This document shows, piece by piece, positions 59,063 through 64,000 of a stretch of 64,000 nucleotides of DNA; the stretch's first letter is position 1; every line of letters starts with the position of its first letter. Source of the DNA: Rhodothermales bacterium (GTDB lineage Bacteria > Bacteroidota > Rhodothermia > Rhodothermales > Bin80); the NCBI GenBank assembly GCA_965207385.1, contig CBDBLZ010000021.1, positions 641,205 to 705,204 of the forward strand, written 5' to 3'. The position numbers and the translations under genes were made by a program. The notes beneath the pieces were generated by a model. It worked only from the letters and a program-made list of their open reading frames with translations, was not told the DNA's origin and did no database searches.

Positions 59063-60010
59063 GTGCCGGAAGAAGGATACGTACTGCATTCGTACGGCAA
59101 TGAGGCATACCTGCGTCACGCGTTGACGTGCTTGGTGACGCTGCGGCGGCATGACAAAGATCGTCCTGTGGCCTTGTACTGCTCCGACAGGCACCGGCAT
59201 GTTCTGCGTCGACACAGGTTGCTTCGCCTTTTTAGTCTGGTCGAAGTTCTCCCGCCGGAGCATCGCTCGATCGTCGGATTCAAGCACCATCTGCACCGGT
59301 TCATGCCATTCAACCGATGTCTTTACACAGACTCCGATATGGTCTGGTGCCGAAATCCGGATCCGCTCTGGACCCAGCTCTCCGTCTATCCCTTTACAGC
59401 GACTGGCCTTGAGCGCGCCGATTTCTATTTTGGAGGGCCAAAGAGTCTGAGCGTGATCGGGGACGTGCTGCGTAACAGGCGGCAGCGCACGCTGGCAGCC
59501 TTTGGCCTCACGTACTTGCCGCGCGTACAGGCCGGCATGATATATGCCCGGGACAATGAGAGTACGCGCAGTGTTTGTGCCGAAGCGTCCAGCTTTCTCG
59601 CGCGGCACTCTGAGACCCATTTTCGTACACGGTTCAGCGAGGGTCGCGCCGAGGAATCCTGTGAATGGAGTTTGGCGATGGCCATGAGCAGGCTGTCTCT
59701 GCCGACTTATCCGTGGTACCAGGGGCTGAACAGTCCGCAACTGGACTACATTCCCGGGATGACCAAGCACACCCGGGATTTTGAGGAGGTCTCCTGCCTC
59801 TATTATTGCGACCGTTTCATCTACGAAATCAGGGGCCTGCGCAACGAGCGCATCCGCTCTTTCCTGCTAAGGGCTTTCAGCCGTCTTTTGCGGCGCAAGG
59901 ACTGGCTTCATGTTACGCCCTATGTCCTTCACTTCAGCTGGCTACACGCCAAGCGTCCATTCCACATGCTGGCGGACAGGATATGGGCTGAATTGACGGC
60001 TTCCGGGTAA
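59063..60010 (+). CDS. hypothetical protein, possibly nucleotide-diphospho-sugar (GT8-like) transferase fold
   Basis: 315 aa with a GTG start. YVLHSYGNEAYLRHALTCLVTLRRH and YTDSDMVW (a DxD-like motif) resemble GT8-type N-termini. This is weak evidence. Confidence 0.4.
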   Translation: MPEEGYVLHSYGNEAYLRHALTCLVTLRRHDKDRPVALYCSDRHRHVLRRHRLLRLFSLVEVLPPEHRSIVGFKHHLHRFMPFNRCLYTDSDMVWCRNPDPLWTQLSVYPFTATGLERADFYFGGPKSLSVIGDVLRNRRQRTLAAFGLTYLPRVQAGMIYARDNESTRSVCAEASSFLARHSETHFRTRFSEGRAEESCEWSLAMAMSRLSLPTYPWYQGLNSPQLDYIPGMTKHTRDFEEVSCLYYCDRFIYEIRGLRNERIRSFLLRAFSRLLRRKDWLHVTPYVLHFSWLHAKRPFHMLADRIWAELTASG

Positions 60011-60014
60011 GGGG

Positions 60015-61619
60015 TCAACTTCTGGTGGCCAGGTGCCAGAAGAAGCCAAACTGGTTTGCCGCTTCCTGCCAGAATGCCAGGGTCAGCAGTCCGCCCAGGA
60101 GAAGAACCACGGCAGGGTTGCATACGGCCAGCACGACCAGTGTGCTTCGACGAACCGAGCAGACCGCGCCGAAATCCAGCGTTACGCGAACGATGGAAAT
60201 GAAGGCGGCAAGTATCCAGGCTGTACCTAGCACAATCATCACCGCGCCGGCCGCGGGCGGAGCCAGCGAGGGTACAACCAGGGCCAGGCAAGTCAGTATG
60301 GGCTGCGCCCAGAAGGTCCAGGTTACAATGGTCAGGGTACCCTTGAACCTGATTGGGCTGAAGGCCGCAAGACCGGCAGCCCAGATCATTGCGATAGTGG
60401 CATTGATCAGGGCCAGGAACAGCACCAGCGGCCAGATTTGCTCCAGCATGTGCGCCGCGTTCTGCTGCAATCTCTCTGGCAGCGAGGCGATCAGGAAGGT
60501 GACGGCCGGCTCATGCCCGAGCGCTTCCAGAAGAACGCTTCCGAAGACGCCGGCGCAGAGTGCCACTACCGCAAGCGCCGGAAAGGCTATCCGCAGGCGG
60601 AGCTCCCGCCCGTCACGCAGCGAGTCGCGATAGAAGCCGTGCCTGACAAAGTAGCGGCGGAGCAGGTCGCGAAAGCGGCTGGACAGGGCGAAACAGGCGG
60701 CGAGCAGTCCGATGGTGATCCATCCCATCATGAGATTCCATGGCGTTGGCACCGGTGAGCGGCGCCCCGGAGCAAACGCGAATACGGACTGGCTCCCTGT
60801 ATATATGCCGCGGACCACGTCACGCGCAGGCCGGCCTTGCCCGGTTGCGGTAACGAGGCCGAAGCTGCGGGAGGTTGCGGGATGCAGGTCTCGGTAGCGG
60901 TAAACGAATACGGCATAAGGCGTTTCGGGCCCATCCAGCAATTGATTCAGATGGGTTTCTAGATACCGGGCCTGGGCCTGCCGGGAGGAAGGCTGAAGCA
61001 GTCCCTCGGCTCGTTCTGACACGGCCGTGCCCAGTCCCGCGACGCCGGCAGGGGTATTGCGGCGCCACCGGCCCAGATAGTCCGCGGGTGCAGCGCCCGC
61101 CGGCGTGTCAATCAATACCAGATCCACTTCGCTGGAGCAAAGGTCGTCCCGGGCGAAGGGCGACCGATAGTACGAGCGCCGGCCCGGTCGCTGGTGCAGT
61201 CGATTGGTCAGGCGGGCAAAATACTCGCAACTGCGAGGAGAGCTGGTGTCGCTGAGGCTCGCAAGTCCATAGTACCTTACCGGCGATACCCTTCCAGCGT
61301 CCTGTTCCAGGATGCCATCCAGCAGAAGAAGGGCATAGCGGAGGGTGTCACTCAGGTCCGGGGCTGAAAGATGCTCCAAGGGCAGGTCCTGAAACAGCAC
61401 AAGTCCGAGCGAGTCCGCTGCGTCAAGGATTAGCCGGTCTGTCACAAGCTCTGTGCGGACGGCATTTGCGCCTAGAGCCCGGATCTCGGCGAGGTCCTTG
61501 AGGGCCTGCCCGATGTTCGCGGGCGCACTCCACACCACTCCCTTCAGCGGCGCTTGCTGCGCGACGGCACAAACTGCCAAGAGGAAGCTACCCGCGAGAA
61601 GCAGGGCCCGATGCAGCAT
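60015..61619 (-). CDS. hypothetical membrane protein: exported TIM-barrel-like N-domain + polytopic C-terminal domain
   Basis: 534 aa with a signal peptide. The N-terminal half reads GVVWSAPANIGQALKDLAEIRALGANAVRTE (glycoside-hydrolase-like). The C-terminal half has at least 6 hydrophobic helices. Confidence 0.5.
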   Translation of the reverse strand: MLHRALLLAGSFLLAVCAVAQQAPLKGVVWSAPANIGQALKDLAEIRALGANAVRTELVTDRLILDAADSLGLVLFQDLPLEHLSAPDLSDTLRYALLLLDGILEQDAGRVSPVRYYGLASLSDTSSPRSCEYFARLTNRLHQRPGRRSYYRSPFARDDLCSSEVDLVLIDTPAGAAPADYLGRWRRNTPAGVAGLGTAVSERAEGLLQPSSRQAQARYLETHLNQLLDGPETPYAVFVYRYRDLHPATSRSFGLVTATGQGRPARDVVRGIYTGSQSVFAFAPGRRSPVPTPWNLMMGWITIGLLAACFALSSRFRDLLRRYFVRHGFYRDSLRDGRELRLRIAFPALAVVALCAGVFGSVLLEALGHEPAVTFLIASLPERLQQNAAHMLEQIWPLVLFLALINATIAMIWAAGLAAFSPIRFKGTLTIVTWTFWAQPILTCLALVVPSLAPPAAGAVMIVLGTAWILAAFISIVRVTLDFGAVCSVRRSTLVVLAVCNPAVVLLLGGLLTLAFWQEAANQFGFFWHLATRS

Positions 61620-61629
61620 GCGGCAAAGG

Positions 61630-64000
61630 CTAATAGTCGGCTTGAGTCCGCTGGCCTACCAGAAACACCGCGTTGGCCAGCATCAGTCGCCCGCCATACC
61701 AGAATCCCCGGAAAACGGGGTTATCCAGCAGATACACCACCTCGCCGCGTCCAATCGCTTCCATACCAAACACAAGAGAATTCTCCATCGGGCGGACGGC
61801 CTTGGCACCGGCAAAGCCACTCAAGCGAGAATCTTCCTGCAGCACGCCCACATTCCAGCCGTCCTGCAGGTATTCAAAGGCCTGTTCATCACGCTTGAGC
61901 GTGAAATAGTCCTGTGCGTATCCGAATGCCAACGGGTGCGTTACATCGAGCGATACACGGAAGATGGCCCCCGGAATGTCGCTGGAGATGGCCTCACGGT
62001 CACGCGAGGCGTACGTGCGAACGGTAACCGTCGTGTCTTCTGACCCAGCCCTTTCCTCAAGTGAAAACCCCGTTCTGCCCGACAGATACCGGGCCGCGCC
62101 TTCGAGGGCGATGAGCTTGCCGCCCGCCTGGATCCAGTCGCCAACGTCGGAGAGGCTTTCCTCAGTGAGCAGGTCTCCGTACGATCCGTCGGGCAAGATC
62201 AGAACGTCATACCCGTACAGATGCAGGGAGGCAAAATCATCTGCGTGTATGAGCGTTACCGGATAAGCGAGCTGCCTGTCAAAGAAATGCCAAAGCTCTC
62301 CCAGAGAAGCGGAGCGCGCTGCGCCGTCGGCGACAATGCCAACGCGGGGCCGCCGTATGGGCGGTACATCGGCAGAACCGAAGTCAACGCCCTCGGTCAC
62401 CATGGTTGATTCCACGGCAAAGAGGGGCTGTCCCAGCTCCGCAGCGGTCTGGCGGACAATCTGATCAAAGTCTTCCCCCGCTGCGGCATTGCCGCCGCGC
62501 GTTATGATCAGCGTGCCCGGGCCGTAAGAGCGTCCTGCTATGCTGAATGGCTCTTCCGAAAAACGCACGCGCACACCAGCCTGCAGAAGGTCGGACAACA
62601 GGCGCGCATCCTCAAAACTGGCCCATTCGGCCAGGTAGGCCGCGGGCCGGTCCAATCCCGGAGCACTTGGCGGCGTCTGCATCCAGCCAGGGCTGATGCC
62701 GGGAGGCACTTCCTCTGCGCCGTAGGCTTCCAGGCCATAGACATAGGGCAGGGACCAGCCGGTAATGTCGTAGCTCAATGAGTCCGAGAGTACGGATTCC
62801 GGCTCGAACAGCACCTGTACGAGCACGCCAAGCGGCTGTGAAGCGCTGACAACCATGTCACCGGGAGCTACCGTGAAGCTGGTCTGCTCGCCGCTGGCAT
62901 AGGCGTAACCCTCTACCCTGCGCGATTCTGTAGCACTTCCGTACGCAATGCCCTGCAGGTCAAGATGCCTTGCCAACGCTGCGAGCACGTCTCCGCCGCG
63001 AGGCTTGAGGACATAGGCTGCGAAGCGGCCAATTCTGCTAGGCTCGGCAAAATAGGTTGCGAATTCCTGAAGGATCCGCTCGCGCTGAACCGATGCCACC
63101 TCAATTGTCGATAGCCCTGTGGCATGATGGTGGCGGATGCGGTCAGCAAGGGCAAGCGTGTCGGTCTCGGCCGTGATGATCTGCAAGCCGGCCCGGCCGG
63201 ATCCGCCCTGCTCGTACGTCATGCCTATGGCCCCGTTATACATGGGCCAGGTGTCTCCGTAGCCCGGATAAAACAGGTCATATACCTGGCGTGTGAAGTA
63301 CAGCCAGCCTTCCTGGTCAAAATACCGGGCGTGGTTGCGGCCAATTATGTGTTGCAGTTCGCGCTGCCAGGGCGTGATGGCCTGGTGATAGGGCTCCGCT
63401 GCCGGCGCGAAATAATAGGGATCGTCGACACCCTGTTCATGAAAGTCCACATGGATGTGCGGCATCCAGCGCCGGAAGTGCTTCAGGCGCTGACGGGTTT
63501 CAAGCTGTGTGCCCCACGCCCAGTCCCGGTTCAGGTCAAAATAGTAATGGTTTGTGCGTCCGCCAGGCCACGGTTCGCGATGCTCTCGTGCCTCGGGACG
63601 CGGATTGGGTTCGCGTCCAACGGTCTGGTTGTAGAAAGCGACGTAACGGTCTCTTCCGTCCGGATTGAGGCACGGGTCCAGAAAGACGACCGTGTTTGAG
63701 AGCCAGCCTTGCGTGCGTGCATTGGTACTGTCGACCAGATCGTACAGGGTCTGCATAGCAGCTTCCGTGCTGACGGCTTCGTTGCCGTGCACGTTGTAGC
63801 TCAGCCAGACCAGGGAGGGACCGTCGCCATGGGGAGCACCGTCTGCCAGCCTCGCTCTTTGCAAATTGGCCAAGCGAATGGATTCCAGTACGGCCATGTT
63901 CGCGCGGCTGGATACCGTGGCATACAGCAGGGGACGGCCTTCATACGAATGCCCGTAAGAGACGAGTTCAACGTTTTCCGCGTTGTGGGCCACATGTTCG
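61630..64000 (-). CDS. M14 family zinc carboxypeptidase with large C-terminal extension, 5' end outside window
   Basis: Motifs: VELVSYGHSYEGRPLL, YNVHGNE (the HxxE zinc site) and HVDFHEQG. The frame stays open to position 64000 (..EHVAHNAENV), so the N-terminus is missing. Confidence 0.8.
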   Translation of the reverse strand, partial: EHVAHNAENVELVSYGHSYEGRPLLYATVSSRANMAVLESIRLANLQRARLADGAPHGDGPSLVWLSYNVHGNEAVSTEAAMQTLYDLVDSTNARTQGWLSNTVVFLDPCLNPDGRDRYVAFYNQTVGREPNPRPEAREHREPWPGGRTNHYYFDLNRDWAWGTQLETRQRLKHFRRWMPHIHVDFHEQGVDDPYYFAPAAEPYHQAITPWQRELQHIIGRNHARYFDQEGWLYFTRQVYDLFYPGYGDTWPMYNGAIGMTYEQGGSGRAGLQIITAETDTLALADRIRHHHATGLSTIEVASVQRERILQEFATYFAEPSRIGRFAAYVLKPRGGDVLAALARHLDLQGIAYGSATESRRVEGYAYASGEQTSFTVAPGDMVVSASQPLGVLVQVLFEPESVLSDSLSYDITGWSLPYVYGLEAYGAEEVPPGISPGWMQTPPSAPGLDRPAAYLAEWASFEDARLLSDLLQAGVRVRFSEEPFSIAGRSYGPGTLIITRGGNAAAGEDFDQIVRQTAAELGQPLFAVESTMVTEGVDFGSADVPPIRRPRVGIVADGAARSASLGELWHFFDRQLAYPVTLIHADDFASLHLYGYDVLILPDGSYGDLLTEESLSDVGDWIQAGGKLIALEGAARYLSGRTGFSLEERAGSEDTTVTVRTYASRDREAISSDIPGAIFRVSLDVTHPLAFGYAQDYFTLKRDEQAFEYLQDGWNVGVLQEDSRLSGFAGAKAVRPMENSLVFGMEAIGRGEVVYLLDNPVFRGFWYGGRLMLANAVFLVGQRTQADY

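Overview
High-GC chromosomal segment. One hand-counted 60-nt line in ordinary genes gives 40/60 G+C. The gene content includes bshA, an F-type ATPase operon atpB-E-F-H-A-G without atpD/atpC, a LysC-LysA fusion, a PSCyt/DUF1553 + DUF1501 pair, bactofilin + M23 peptidase and GluQRS. By inference this points to a Bacteroidota/Rhodothermota-like aerobe. I recognise about 55 protein genes and two tandem tRNA-Ser genes. I see no rRNA, CRISPR array, transposase or integrase. Most of the window is housekeeping: pdxB, bshA, folA, thyA, ggt, ribBA, yajC, priA, roxA, lysC/lysA, rarA, a TRAP transporter, photolyase, ATP synthase, gluQ, TolC/MlaC and an M14 peptidase. The main anomaly lies at about 11.6-22.7 kb. 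Two AT-richer islands (23/60 G+C in two hand-counted lines) each carry the same three-part, same-strand cassette. Each cassette has exported acidic Cys-rich mini-proteins (6-8 Cys), then a 6-bladed NHL/DUF5128-like beta-propeller, then a membrane-anchored thioredoxin-like protein. The two cassettes flank an oppositely oriented DUF1553/DUF1501 pair. The cassette fits no named RiPP or bacteriocin class that I know, and it is my best candidate for an undescribed periplasmic peptide system. Other points worth a second look: a MamK-family actin and an anchored amidase inserted between thyA and folA; frame disruptions in thyA, in an M23 peptidase and in a possible adenylating-enzyme remnant; a ThuA-propeller-HEAT-cupredoxin mosaic protein; a Kv-type channel with a C-terminal zinc ribbon; and an orphan B12-binding radical SAM enzyme next to a WYL regulator. 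All calls rest on reading the ORF track and on my own hand translations. No database search was run, so family names are motif-level recognitions.
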